Below are positions 9,212 to 18,868 of a stretch of 40,562 nt of DNA, piece after piece. The first letter of the stretch is position 1. Every line of letters begins with the position of its first letter. Under the pieces are notes generated by a model. It had not been told where the DNA came from. It saw only the letters and a list, made by a program, of their open reading frames with translations, and did no database searches. A program made the translations under genes and the position numbers. Where the stretch lies: contig BQMV01000001.1 of the NCBI GenBank assembly GCA_022181005.1, positions 1 through 40,562 on the forward strand. Reading direction: 5' to 3'. The stretch comes from Anaerolineaceae bacterium. GTDB lineage: Bacteria; Chloroflexota; Anaerolineae; Anaerolineales; Villigracilaceae.

Positions 9212-9260
9212 ATTGTATAAAGGGGGGAATATAGACTGCTGAGTTCGCAAAGGAAAAATA

Positions 9261-10730
9261 ATGAAGGTTGAACTGCGCGGCATTCATAAATACTTTGGCG
9301 TAAATCACGCTAACGACGACATTACCCTGACGATCCCTTCCGGAACGATTCAGGGAATTCTTGGCGAGAATGGCGCGGGCAAAAGCACGCTGATGAAGAT
9401 CCTCTCCGGATTCATTCATGCAGACAGCGGCGAAGTCTTGCTGGATGGAAAGCCTGTCGTCATCGAGTCGCCTGCGGTTGCGATTCATGACGGCATTGGT
9501 ATGTTGCATCAAGACCCTTTGGATTTTCCTCCCATGCGCGTGATTGACAATTTCATGCTGGGTCAAAAGGGCGGTCTTTTTCCGAATCGCACCCGCGCCG
9601 CGCGAGACCTTCGCCGTCTTCAAAAAGAATTTGATTTCGACATTGACCCTGAAAATTATGTCGATTCGCTGACGGTGGGCGAGCGCCAACAACTGGAAAT
9701 TATGCGTCTCCTATATTTGGGCGCGCGCGTTTTTATCCTCGATGAACCGACTACTGGCATTAGCGCGGCGCAAAAGGATAAATTATTTGAAACGCTGAAG
9801 AAATTCCGCAAACAGGCGATTACGGTAATCTTTGTTTCGCATAAATTGGAAGATGTGGAGAAATTGTGCGATCAAGTTGCAGTGCTGCGGCAAGGTAAAC
9901 TCGTCGGTGCGATGGATAAGCCGTTCGATCAAAAGAAATTGGTTGAAATGATGTTCGGCAAAGAAGTGCCGTTGGGGACGAAGCAGACGGCGTGTCAGGA
10001 TCGGACTGTTTTAAACCTGGATCGCGTTTCAATCGAGGGAATGCGGCTTAAGATTAAGGATATTGATTTCCATATCTGCGAAGGCGAAGTGGTCGGTTTG
10101 GCGGGTATGGAAGGCAGCGGGCAAGATCTATTCTTGCGCGCCTGCGCGGGGCTGATCCGCACGGTGGGCGGCGTAGTGAAGGTGAACGATCGCGATCTTA
10201 CGGGGAAGTCGTATCATACTTATAAAAAGCACGGGGTAGAATTTCTTCCCGCCGCGAGATTGGAGCAGGCGCTGGCGCCCGGGCTGACGCTTGCCGAACA
10301 TTTCATCCTCGCCGAAAAACAGACCGGCGTATTCATCAATCATGAGCGCGGGCGCCGACTTGCGGAAGAACGGATAAAAACGTTTAATATCAAAGGCGCG
10401 CCGGTAAGTCCAGTCGAATCGCTGTCGGGCGGCAATCAACAGAGGACGCTGCTGTCGTTGCTGCGTCATCCATTGTCGCTGGTCCTGGTCGAACACCCTA
10501 CGCGCGGACTTGATATTGAATCGGTGGTCTACATCTGGGGTAAATTGAAGGAACGTTGCAAGCAGGGCGCGGCGATCGTTTTCATGTCTTCTGACCTTGA
10601 TGAGATTCTGCAATATAGCGATCGTGTGCTGGTATTTTATAACGGTCGGATCTCGCATCCTTTCGATGCCAATAAAACAAATGTGCAGCAGTTGGGCGAG
10701 TTAATCGGGGGCAAAGGTTGGAACGAATGA
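9261..10730 (+). CDS. ABC transporter ATPase, two NBDs (CUT2/nucleoside type)
   Basis: GENGAGKST, ILDEPT, LSGGNQQ; degenerate second NBD. Confidence 0.92.
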   Translation: MKVELRGIHKYFGVNHANDDITLTIPSGTIQGILGENGAGKSTLMKILSGFIHADSGEVLLDGKPVVIESPAVAIHDGIGMLHQDPLDFPPMRVIDNFMLGQKGGLFPNRTRAARDLRRLQKEFDFDIDPENYVDSLTVGERQQLEIMRLLYLGARVFILDEPTTGISAAQKDKLFETLKKFRKQAITVIFVSHKLEDVEKLCDQVAVLRQGKLVGAMDKPFDQKKLVEMMFGKEVPLGTKQTACQDRTVLNLDRVSIEGMRLKIKDIDFHICEGEVVGLAGMEGSGQDLFLRACAGLIRTVGGVVKVNDRDLTGKSYHTYKKHGVEFLPAARLEQALAPGLTLAEHFILAEKQTGVFINHERGRRLAEERIKTFNIKGAPVSPVESLSGGNQQRTLLSLLRHPLSLVLVEHPTRGLDIESVVYIWGKLKERCKQGAAIVFMSSDLDEILQYSDRVLVFYNGRISHPFDANKTNVQQLGELIGGKGWNE

Positions 10731-10777
10731 CGCTTTTCGAAAGGATAAATTTCACGGCTGAAATTTAAGGCGCTACT

Positions 10778-11812
10778 ATGAAACATACAACGCTGAATCG
10801 CATAGGTTTTCAACTTTTCGCCCTGCTCTTGGCATTTGGAATCGCTTCGCTGGTATTGCTTGCGGTGGGCGCGTCTCCCGTTCAAATTTATAAAGATATG
10901 TTTGGATCGCTCGGCACAAAAGGCAAGATCGCCGACGTGCTGGTGAGTTGGGCTCCGCTGTTGTTAGCGACCGCCGGATTGTTGATCACGTTTGCCGCAG
11001 GCCTGTGGAATATTGGCGTGGAAGGACAGATCACTTTTGGCGCGATCGGCACGACGTTGGTTTTACGTTTGTTGCAAAATAGCGCGATGAATGCCGGGTT
11101 GATTATCGCCTTGAGCATCTTTGCCGGTATGCTTGCCGGCGCGTTATGGGCGGCTCTGGCGGGCGCGTTAAAAACGTTCGGCGGAGTCAACGAGATCTTC
11201 GGCGGGTTGGGCTTGAATTTCGTCGCCACCGCGCTCACAATTTATCTTGTCTTCGGTCCGTGGAAGCGCCCGGGCACCGGCTCAATGAGCGGCACGCAAC
11301 CGTTCCCCGAACAGTTTAACTTGCCTTTGTTTGAGGGGTTGCGACTGAGTCCTTGGGCGCTTGTTGTCGCCGTCGTGGGCATTGTCTTTGTGTATTTCCT
11401 ATTGCAAGGAACGTACTTCGGTTTACGGCTGAAAGCGGTAGGCAAGAATTTCCGCGCCGCTTATCTGCTCGGCATTCCAACATGGCAATATATGATGTTC
11501 TCGTTCCTGTTATGCGGCGCGTTATCGGGCGCAGCGGGCGCGTTGCAAGTCACGGCGGTCTATCATCGTCTGATTCCTTCCATCTCCAGCGGATATGGCT
11601 ATTTAGGGCTTATGGTGGCGATGCTTGTCAACTATCAAGCGATTGCGGCGATTCCGGTCGCATTCTTCTTCGCCGCGCTTAATATCGGCAGCATTCAACT
11701 GCCCATCGTGCACAAACTCGATTCGTCCTTCTCGGGCGTTTTACAAGGATTGTTAGTGTTGTTTATCTTGCTTGCGGAAGGCGCGCGTCAGCGACTGACG
11801 CCGAAAGCGTAA
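10778..11812 (+). CDS. ABC transporter permease
   Basis: WNIGVEGQ motif, multi-TM. Confidence 0.9.
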   Translation: MKHTTLNRIGFQLFALLLAFGIASLVLLAVGASPVQIYKDMFGSLGTKGKIADVLVSWAPLLLATAGLLITFAAGLWNIGVEGQITFGAIGTTLVLRLLQNSAMNAGLIIALSIFAGMLAGALWAALAGALKTFGGVNEIFGGLGLNFVATALTIYLVFGPWKRPGTGSMSGTQPFPEQFNLPLFEGLRLSPWALVVAVVGIVFVYFLLQGTYFGLRLKAVGKNFRAAYLLGIPTWQYMMFSFLLCGALSGAAGALQVTAVYHRLIPSISSGYGYLGLMVAMLVNYQAIAAIPVAFFFAALNIGSIQLPIVHKLDSSFSGVLQGLLVLFILLAEGARQRLTPKA

Positions 11813-11819
11813 ATACGTT

Positions 11820-12818
11820 ATGGAAACTGCGCTCATACTCACCGGACTTGGCAGCGTATTCTTTGCCTCCGCGCCCATTGTTTTTGCCGTGATCGGCGAG
11901 ACGATCGCCGAACGCGCCGGCGTGATCAACCTTTCGATTAACGGAATGATCCTTCTCTCTGCGATGGGAGGTTTTGTCGTTTCATTTCAGACCGGGAGTC
12001 TGTTCGCCGGGTTCTTAACCGGCGCGCTAATTGGGGCGCTGGTCGCTTTCATCGTAGCGTTCTCTTCGATCACGCTGAAGCAGTCGCAAGTTGCGGTTGG
12101 GTTCGTCCTCGCGCTCACTTGCCGCGACCTCGCATACTTTCTTGGCAACGACTACATGGGTAAAGGCGGTCCGCGTCTGCCCGCCTGGGATCTGCCGGTG
12201 TTAAGCGATATTCCCATAGTAGGTCCGATCTTCTTTCATCAGGACCTGATCACTTATATTAGTTTCCTTATGATTTTTCTCTCGTGGTTGTGGATCTTCC
12301 GCACGCGCCCCGGCTTGATGTTGCAAGGCATTGGCGAACGTCCCGCTTCCGCGTATGTGCGCGGCGCGAACGTCAACTTGATGCGTTATGCATATACGGT
12401 CTTGGGCGGCGCGATCGCAGGTCTGGCTGGTCCCGCCTATTCTCTCAGCGTAAAAGCCGGTTGGAATGGCACCATCTCGGGGTTGGACGGCTTCGGCTGG
12501 ATCGCGCTGGCTATTACGATCTTTGGCGGTTGGAATCCATTGCGCGGCGCTTTTGGAGCGTATCTATTCGGCTTGCTGCAATGGCTGGGGTTGGTGTTAC
12601 AGCCCAGTCTGCCGAACGTTCCTTCGCAGGTATTGCAGGTTGCGCCGTTCCCGTTGATGATTCTCACCCTGTTTCTCGTCAACATCGGCAGCACAGAATG
12701 GGTTGAACGTACGCTGGCGGCAATGCCCGAATCGTCTCGGCGATTTTTCACCCGCGCTTTGCGCGCTTTACGCGCTTCGCCGCCCGCTTCGTTGGGCGTT
12801 CCCTTCGAAAGGGAATGA
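11820..12818 (+). CDS. ABC transporter permease
   Basis: ERAGVINLSING and GWIALA..FGGWNP motifs. Confidence 0.9.
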   Translation: METALILTGLGSVFFASAPIVFAVIGETIAERAGVINLSINGMILLSAMGGFVVSFQTGSLFAGFLTGALIGALVAFIVAFSSITLKQSQVAVGFVLALTCRDLAYFLGNDYMGKGGPRLPAWDLPVLSDIPIVGPIFFHQDLITYISFLMIFLSWLWIFRTRPGLMLQGIGERPASAYVRGANVNLMRYAYTVLGGAIAGLAGPAYSLSVKAGWNGTISGLDGFGWIALAITIFGGWNPLRGAFGAYLFGLLQWLGLVLQPSLPNVPSQVLQVAPFPLMILTLFLVNIGSTEWVERTLAAMPESSRRFFTRALRALRASPPASLGVPFERE

Positions 12819-12859
12819 CGCGCCGCCGAACGAAGGTTTTCAAAACCACATCAACTTAA

Positions 12860-12895
12860 GCGGACTGTTAGGTTAAGCCTTGGAAGTCCGCCTTT
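12860..12895 (+). terminator. Possible stem-loop ending the ABC operon
   Basis: GCGGACT...AGTCCGC followed by CTTT; short T tract. Confidence 0.35.
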
Positions 12896-12925
12896 GCGTT
12901 TAAGTATATCGAGTAAAATTAATCC

Positions 12926-14197
12926 ATGCCTAATTTCCTTGGCTATTGTTGCTCGCTCTGCGGAACGGAATATGCCGCCGATGAGGTCTCCTATACCTGC
13001 CCTAAAGACGGCGGTAATTTAGACGTGACGCTCGATTACGACGCTATCAAAACCAAGTATCAGCCCGAAGACCTGCTCTCGCGCAACGACCCATCGTTAT
13101 GGCGCTACGCGCCGCTTCTTCCAGTGAACGCACCGGAAGGCGATTCGACGCCGCTTCACATTGTGGGTGGAACTCCTGTTTTTCGGCTGCGCTCGCTCGC
13201 GAAGAAATACGGGCTGCAAAATTTGTGGCTGAAAGATGAGTCGCGTAACCCGACGGCTTCTTTTAAGGATCGCGCCAGCGCCATTGTTGTAGTTCGCGCC
13301 CGCGAGATCGGCGCCGAGGTTGTAGTCACCGCTTCGACGGGGAACGCCGGCGCGGCGCTTGCGGGGATGTCCGCTGCGGTGGAGCAAAAAGCTGTTATTT
13401 TTGCTCCGAAATCTGCGCCGCCAGCGAAGGTGGCGCAGCTGCTTGTTTTTGGCGCGCAGGTGATTTTAGTGAATGGAACATATGATGACGCATTCGATTT
13501 AACGATTCGATGTGCGAATGAGTTCGGCTGGTACTGCCGCAATACTGGCTACAACCCGTTTACGGCGGAAGGTAAGAAGACCGCCGCGTTTGAGATCTGG
13601 GAGTGGTGGCGAGACGCGCACGCGGCTTGGCACGATGAGCGCGACGAAGGATTCGATCATTCGCCGCTGACTATTTTTGTTCCTGTAGGCGATGGGAATA
13701 TTATCTCAGGAATCCATAAAGGCTTCAAAGACCTTATTCAACTCGGCTGGTTATCGCGTATGCCGCGCCTGATCGGCGTGCAAGCGGAAGGCTCTGCCGC
13801 GATTTCGAACGCGTTTAATGCTGGCGTAGAAACGATTCAGCCGGTTTCAGCGCGCACTATCGCCGATTCGATCTCGGTGGATTTGCCGCGCGACGGCGTG
13901 CGTGCGATCCGCGCGGCAAAGGAAACCGGCGGGACGTATATTAATGTGACCGACGAGGAAATTCTCAGCGCCGTTGCGGAGCTCGGTAAAACGGGCGTTT
14001 TTGCCGAACCAGCTGGAGCGGCAGCGTATGCGGGGATGGTCAAGGCGGTTGCCCATCGCATCGTTAAAAGCGAAGACCCTGTTTTAGTTCTCAACACCGG
14101 CAGCGGACTTAAAGACATCCGTGCCGCTATGAACGCGGTTAATCCGCCGCCGGTTATCGAGCCGACCCTGAAAGCAGTGAGAAATCTGTTGCGATAA
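12926..14197 (+). CDS. thrC: Threonine synthase-family PLP enzyme
   Basis: N-terminal Cys motif, NPTASFKDR (PLP Lys), ASTGN, VPVGDG, TGSGLKD; TAAAAT 6 nt before the ATG. Confidence 0.8.
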   Translation: MPNFLGYCCSLCGTEYAADEVSYTCPKDGGNLDVTLDYDAIKTKYQPEDLLSRNDPSLWRYAPLLPVNAPEGDSTPLHIVGGTPVFRLRSLAKKYGLQNLWLKDESRNPTASFKDRASAIVVVRAREIGAEVVVTASTGNAGAALAGMSAAVEQKAVIFAPKSAPPAKVAQLLVFGAQVILVNGTYDDAFDLTIRCANEFGWYCRNTGYNPFTAEGKKTAAFEIWEWWRDAHAAWHDERDEGFDHSPLTIFVPVGDGNIISGIHKGFKDLIQLGWLSRMPRLIGVQAEGSAAISNAFNAGVETIQPVSARTIADSISVDLPRDGVRAIRAAKETGGTYINVTDEEILSAVAELGKTGVFAEPAGAAAYAGMVKAVAHRIVKSEDPVLVLNTGSGLKDIRAAMNAVNPPPVIEPTLKAVRNLLR

Positions 14198-14203
14198 ATA
14201 AAG

Positions 14204-15136
14204 ATGAACATTACCTATTCTGTTGTTGCCCCTATTTTTAATGAGGAAGAAAACTTACCGGAACTCTATCGCCGCGTAAAAGAGACGCTGACTCAGTTGC
14301 GCAAGCCGTGGGAGTTGATTCTTGTTGACGACGGTTCGTCGGATAACTCGAGCGCTCTGATGCGCGCGCTTGCTAAAAAGGACAAGCGTGTGCGCCCGGT
14401 CATCTTCGCGCGGAATTTCGGTCATCAGGTGGCGGTGACCGCCGGATTGGATTATTCGCGCGGCGACGCGGTGATCGTGATCGACTCCGATCTACAGGAC
14501 CCGCCTGAATTGATTCTCGATATGGCGAAGAAATGGCAAGAGGGCTACGAAGTGGTCTTTGCCGTGCGCGCCGAACGCGAGGGCGAGTCGTGGTTCAAGT
14601 TGTGGACCGCTTCGGCATTCTACCGTCTGATCTACCGCATTACCGACGTGAAGATTCCTCTCGACGCCGGCGATTTCCGTTTAATGGATCGTAAGGTGGT
14701 GAATGTGATGAACAGCATGCGCGAACGGCATCGCTTCTTGCGCGGTATGAGCGCATGGGTAGGATTCAAACAGATCGGCGTGGAATATAAACGTTCCGCG
14801 CGCATAGCCGGCGAGACGAAATACCCGTTCCGCAAAATGCTTCGACTCGCGCTCAACGCGGTGACAGGTTTCTCGTACTTTCCTTTACAAGTGGCTACTT
14901 TTTTTGGATTTTTTTCCGCCGGCGTTGCGATCCTTGCCATGCCGATCGTGGTCTATCTGAGGGCAGGCGGGTCGCAAACCTTCTTTGGGCAGGCGTCTAC
15001 CCTGCTGGCGGTGTTGTTTCTTGGCGGCGTGCAATTGATTTCGCTTGGCATTTTAGGCGAATACATCGGGCGGCTGTATGATGAAGCCAAAGGCAGACCG
15101 CTCTACATCGTGCGCGAAACGCCGGAAGATAAGTAA
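14204..15136 (+). CDS. GT2 glycosyltransferase (GtrB/ArnC-like polyprenyl-phosphate GT)
   Basis: VDDGSSD, RNFGHQ, DSDLQDPP, GDFRLMDR, two C-terminal TMs. Confidence 0.9.
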   Translation: MNITYSVVAPIFNEEENLPELYRRVKETLTQLRKPWELILVDDGSSDNSSALMRALAKKDKRVRPVIFARNFGHQVAVTAGLDYSRGDAVIVIDSDLQDPPELILDMAKKWQEGYEVVFAVRAEREGESWFKLWTASAFYRLIYRITDVKIPLDAGDFRLMDRKVVNVMNSMRERHRFLRGMSAWVGFKQIGVEYKRSARIAGETKYPFRKMLRLALNAVTGFSYFPLQVATFFGFFSAGVAILAMPIVVYLRAGGSQTFFGQASTLLAVLFLGGVQLISLGILGEYIGRLYDEAKGRPLYIVRETPEDK

Positions 15137-15198
15137 GCGGGCTTTACTGTATCGTATAACCAATCTTTCGTATTTATATTCATCCTTCATAAACGCTC

Positions 15199-16584
15199 AT
15201 GAGTTTTCTTAAAGATAAAGAGTTCCTGCGCGCCGCATTGGCGTTGTCTGTGCCGGTCGCTTTACAACAATTGATCACCGCCTCTCTTAACATGATAGAC
15301 GTGCTGATGGTCGGGCAATTGGGCGAGACTGCCGTCGCTGCTTTGGGGCTGGCGAATCAGGTCTTCTTTCTGCTGGCATTGTTCGTCTTCGGCGTGACGA
15401 GCGGTATGGCTATTTTTACCGCGCAATTCTGGGGCAAAGGCGACGTAGAAAGCATCCGCAAAGTATTGGGGATCTGTCTTGCTATTGCGACTCTAATCGC
15501 GACAGCCTTCACGCTGGCGGCAGTCCTTATACCTGAAACGCTGATGTCGTTTTATACGAACGACGCTGAAGTGATTGCGTTAGGTTCTGAATATCTTCGC
15601 ATCGTCGGGGTAAGTTATATACTGATGGCGATTTCGTTCTCGTACATTGCTATCTTGCGGAGCGTTACACAGGTAATGTTGACTATGGCGGTATCAGCGT
15701 TGGCGCTGACCTTGAAGACGATTCTCGGTTACGCTCTGATCTTTGGACATTTCGGCTTGCCCGCCTTGGGCGTGCGCGGCGCCGCTATCGGCACTGCCGT
15801 TGGCTGGTCGTTCATGTGCGGACTCTTGCTATTCGTCGTCTATGCCTATAAGACCCCGCTCGCTGCGAATCCGCTGACTTTTTTCCGTTTTGACCGCAAC
15901 TTTCTGATTAAGGTCTTGCGGACTTCCATGCCTGCCGCGATCAATGAAGTGGCTTGGTCGTTCGGCATCACTGTTTACAACGCGGTCTATGCGCGCATCG
16001 GCACAGACGCCATCGCGGCGGTTAACATCAATGCGACGATTGAAGAACTCGCGTTCGTGCTATTTATCGGTTTGGGAAACGCCTGCTCGATTTCGGTCGG
16101 CAATAAGATCGGCGAAAAAGATAAAGAAGCGGCGTTTGAGTACAGCCGCCGTTTTACGATCATGGCGGTGGCGTTGGCGCTGGCTGGCAGTGTGGTCGTA
16201 TTCTTCTCGCGAGAATATGTTGCGGGGCTGTATCAGATTTCCGATTCCGCTGTCTATGACTTAATGAGGATCATGCGCGTCTACTCGTTTTCTGCGTGGT
16301 TGCGCGTCTTCAATTTTATGATGTTTATCGGCGCATTGCGCGCAGGCGGCGATACGCGCTTTGCCATGTTCACCGAACTTTTTTCGATTTGGTTGGTCGG
16401 CGTGCCTGTGGCGTTGATCGGCGGATTTGTGCTGCGCCTACCCGTCTATGACGTGTACGCGCTCGTATTGCTTGAGGAAGTCGTCAAAGCGATCATCGTC
16501 ACCCGCCGTTATCTCTCGCGTAAATGGCTTCACGATCTGGTGAATCTGGCGGATGGCGACGCTCCGCTGGCTCCCGCCGTATAG
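15199..16584 (+). CDS. MATE family efflux transporter
   Basis: About 12 TM; DVLMVGQLG, LGVRGAAIGT, LRAGGDT. Confidence 0.9.
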   Translation: MSFLKDKEFLRAALALSVPVALQQLITASLNMIDVLMVGQLGETAVAALGLANQVFFLLALFVFGVTSGMAIFTAQFWGKGDVESIRKVLGICLAIATLIATAFTLAAVLIPETLMSFYTNDAEVIALGSEYLRIVGVSYILMAISFSYIAILRSVTQVMLTMAVSALALTLKTILGYALIFGHFGLPALGVRGAAIGTAVGWSFMCGLLLFVVYAYKTPLAANPLTFFRFDRNFLIKVLRTSMPAAINEVAWSFGITVYNAVYARIGTDAIAAVNINATIEELAFVLFIGLGNACSISVGNKIGEKDKEAAFEYSRRFTIMAVALALAGSVVVFFSREYVAGLYQISDSAVYDLMRIMRVYSFSAWLRVFNFMMFIGALRAGGDTRFAMFTELFSIWLVGVPVALIGGFVLRLPVYDVYALVLLEEVVKAIIVTRRYLSRKWLHDLVNLADGDAPLAPAV

Positions 16585-16688
16585 CGCTCGCCTGTAATGG
16601 CGCTTTGTCTCTGGTAAAGGAAGCAGGAGAATGCGCGTCTAGATATATGCGCGTTGCGCACTGACCAGTTTCCCTTAAGGAGGACTAT

Positions 16689-17327
16689 ATGCCTACGATC
16701 AGTTACGATAAACTGCAAGAATACCTTGCCTCTCTTGTGCCGCCGCGCGAGCCGGTGATGCAAGAGATGGAAGAGTACGCTGAAAAAGATCATTTCCCGA
16801 TCCTCGGTCCAGCAAGCGGATACTATTGTTATCAACTTGCCCGCATGATTCATGCTCAATCTGTATTTGAGTTGGGCTCGGGCTACGGATATTCCACCGC
16901 TTGGTTTGCGAAAGCAGTTCGTGAAAACGGCGGCGGAGTCGTTCATCATACAGTTTGGGATGACGCGCTCTCTGCTATGGCGAAAGGGTATCTTCAGCGA
17001 TTAAGGTTGGATGATTTGGTCGAATTCCATAATTCTGAAGCGGTAGCGGCGCTTCATCAAACTGAAGGCGCGTTTGACTTGATCTTCAACGACATTAATA
17101 AAGAAGGCTATCCCGATTCACTGCCTGTGATCAAGTCGAAATTGCGTTCTGGCGGATTGCTCGTTACAGACAACGTAATCTGGCGCGGGAAAATCCTCAA
17201 CTCGAACGATCATGAAGCGGATACCGAAGCGATTCGCCGCTTTACTCGCGCGCTGACGACGGATGCCGATTGGATCGTTTCTCTCGCCCCTGTCCGCGAT
17301 GGATTGATCGTGGCGTATAAAAAATAG
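16689..17327 (+). CDS. O-methyltransferase (CCoAOMT-like)
   Basis: ELGSGYGYS, DLIFNDINKEGY, DNVIWRG; SD AAGGAGG. Confidence 0.88.
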   Translation: MPTISYDKLQEYLASLVPPREPVMQEMEEYAEKDHFPILGPASGYYCYQLARMIHAQSVFELGSGYGYSTAWFAKAVRENGGGVVHHTVWDDALSAMAKGYLQRLRLDDLVEFHNSEAVAALHQTEGAFDLIFNDINKEGYPDSLPVIKSKLRSGGLLVTDNVIWRGKILNSNDHEADTEAIRRFTRALTTDADWIVSLAPVRDGLIVAYKK

Positions 17328-17338
17328 CGAGGACTTCA

Positions 17339-18532
17339 ATGACCTATAACTTTGACGAAATTATCGAACGCCGCCATACCAATTCCATCAAATGGACCGC
17401 CTACCCTGAAGACGTGTTGCCGATGTGGGTCGCCGATATGGATTTTGCCGTCCCCGAGCCGATTCGCGACGCGCTGCATCAAGCGATCGAACGCGGCGAG
17501 TTCGGATATGCGTTTGCCACGCGCAAAACTAAACAGATCGTGGCGGAGCGCATGCAACGACTCTACGGTTGGAGCGTGGACCCAGATTGGGTGATGGAGA
17601 CAACCGGCGTGGTGAGCGGATTTAATATTGCGGCGCGCGCCTATTGCCGCCCATCGGATGGCGCATTGATTCAAACGCCCGCTTACCCGATGTTTTATTC
17701 GATCTATAAGAATATGGGTTTGACGCAGCAGACTGCGCCGCTATCGTTTGCCAACGAAGGCGGCGTTCTTCATCCGCAATTAGATCTCGATGCGTTTGCG
17801 CGTTCTTTCCATTCGAATCATGCGCGCACTCGCATGTTTTTGCTATGCCATCCGTATAACCCGACGGGGCAAGTCTTTTCGCGCGAAGAACTATTGCGTA
17901 TGGCGGAAACTTGCTTACAAAACGACGCTATGATCATTTCGGATGAAATTCACTGTGAATTATTGTTGGACGATGCGAAGCATATCCCGACCGCCGCGCT
18001 CTCTCCAGAAATTGCCGATCGGACCGTCACGCTGATCTCTCCGAGCAAAACTTTTAACATCGCCGGACTCTTCAGCGCTTTTGCGATCATCCCCAATGCG
18101 GAAGCGCGTGAAAAATTCAAAGAAGCCAGCGAGAAGATGACGGGACATCCTTCGAGTTTGGGATTGATCGCCGCTGAAACCGCGTTCTCCGGCGCTTGCG
18201 ACGATTGGCTGAACGAATTAAGGCTGTATCTGGCGCGCAACCGTAATTTTGTGATGGAGTATTTGGCTGAGAATTTTCCGCAGGCGAAATATACGCATCC
18301 TGCCGCCACATATCTTCACTGGATTGATTTCGGCGAATATGTTCGCATGGGTCAGATCGTCGATTCCCCATTCAAATTTTTCCTTGAGAACGCCAAAGTC
18401 GCGGTTAATGACGGCAAGCCGTTCGGCGCTGGGTACGAAAACTTTATCCGTTTGAATTTTGGCGCGCCGCGCGCGCTGGTCGAGCAGGGATTAAGCCAGA
18501 TGAAGCGCGCGCTTATGCCGGCGCGGTATTGA
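17339..18532 (+). CDS. PatB/MalY-family PLP C-S lyase / aminotransferase
   Basis: LPMWVADMDF, SDEIH, SPSKTFNIAG, RLNFG. Confidence 0.9.
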   Translation: MTYNFDEIIERRHTNSIKWTAYPEDVLPMWVADMDFAVPEPIRDALHQAIERGEFGYAFATRKTKQIVAERMQRLYGWSVDPDWVMETTGVVSGFNIAARAYCRPSDGALIQTPAYPMFYSIYKNMGLTQQTAPLSFANEGGVLHPQLDLDAFARSFHSNHARTRMFLLCHPYNPTGQVFSREELLRMAETCLQNDAMIISDEIHCELLLDDAKHIPTAALSPEIADRTVTLISPSKTFNIAGLFSAFAIIPNAEAREKFKEASEKMTGHPSSLGLIAAETAFSGACDDWLNELRLYLARNRNFVMEYLAENFPQAKYTHPAATYLHWIDFGEYVRMGQIVDSPFKFFLENAKVAVNDGKPFGAGYENFIRLNFGAPRALVEQGLSQMKRALMPARY

Positions 18533-18544
18533 GATTGCGCTAAA

Positions 18545-18745
18545 TAATAAAGGCGGACAGCATCATGCCGTCCGCCTTTATAGTGTTTTTGATTGTAATT
18601 ATAAAGGAAGAGCGCGATTACATTGCCTTGTTATCGTCAGGCGAACGTCTAAGCGCAAAGCGGGGCTTTGGTTAGGTTAGGGTAACCCGCTCCTCGTTGT
18701 CTGGTTGTCAGGCGGAGTATCTATCGCAACCTCCTTTCTGCTGCC
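18545..18745 (-). ncRNA. Candidate ~200-nt small RNA or non-canonical micro-ORF transcript
   Basis: Minus-strand TATACT at 18754-18749, AGAAAGGAGGT near the 5' end with no suitably spaced ATG/GTG, internal GAGCGGG/CCCGCTT stem, ends at the bidirectional terminator. Confidence 0.35.
18547..18590. terminator. Bidirectional intrinsic terminator
   Basis: ATAAAGGCGGAC...GTCCGCCTTTAT stem with A/T-rich flanks on both sides. Confidence 0.75.
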
Positions 18746-18868
18746 TATAGTATACGTTAAGAAAACGCTTATTGTATTAAAAATAGCCTACGCTTTCATT
18801 AAAGATTTTAGATCGGTTGACGCTGCGGGTATAGTACAATCTGTCTGACAAATTTTTAGGAGCAGCCC

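Noticed and set aside
10090-10520. Degenerate Walker A/B (GMEGSGQD, LVEHPTRG) as a sign of pseudogenisation
   Set aside because: A degenerate second NBD is normal in this ABC ATPase family.
12835-12847. GGTTTT-C-AAAACC palindrome
   Set aside because: Only 6-bp arms; it may be a repeat remnant but cannot be supported from this window alone.
16585-16688. Possible riboswitch upstream of the O-methyltransferase
   Set aside because: No recognisable aptamer consensus and only weak pairing.
18672-18690. TTAGGTTAGGGTAACCCGC resembling a DtxR/IdeR box
   Set aside because: 14/19 match with a broken right half, not at an evident promoter, and no iron-related gene nearby.
18729-18739. ACCTCCTTTCT as a 16S rRNA fragment
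   Set aside because: The flanks show no rRNA sequence; treated as an SD-like motif on the minus strand.
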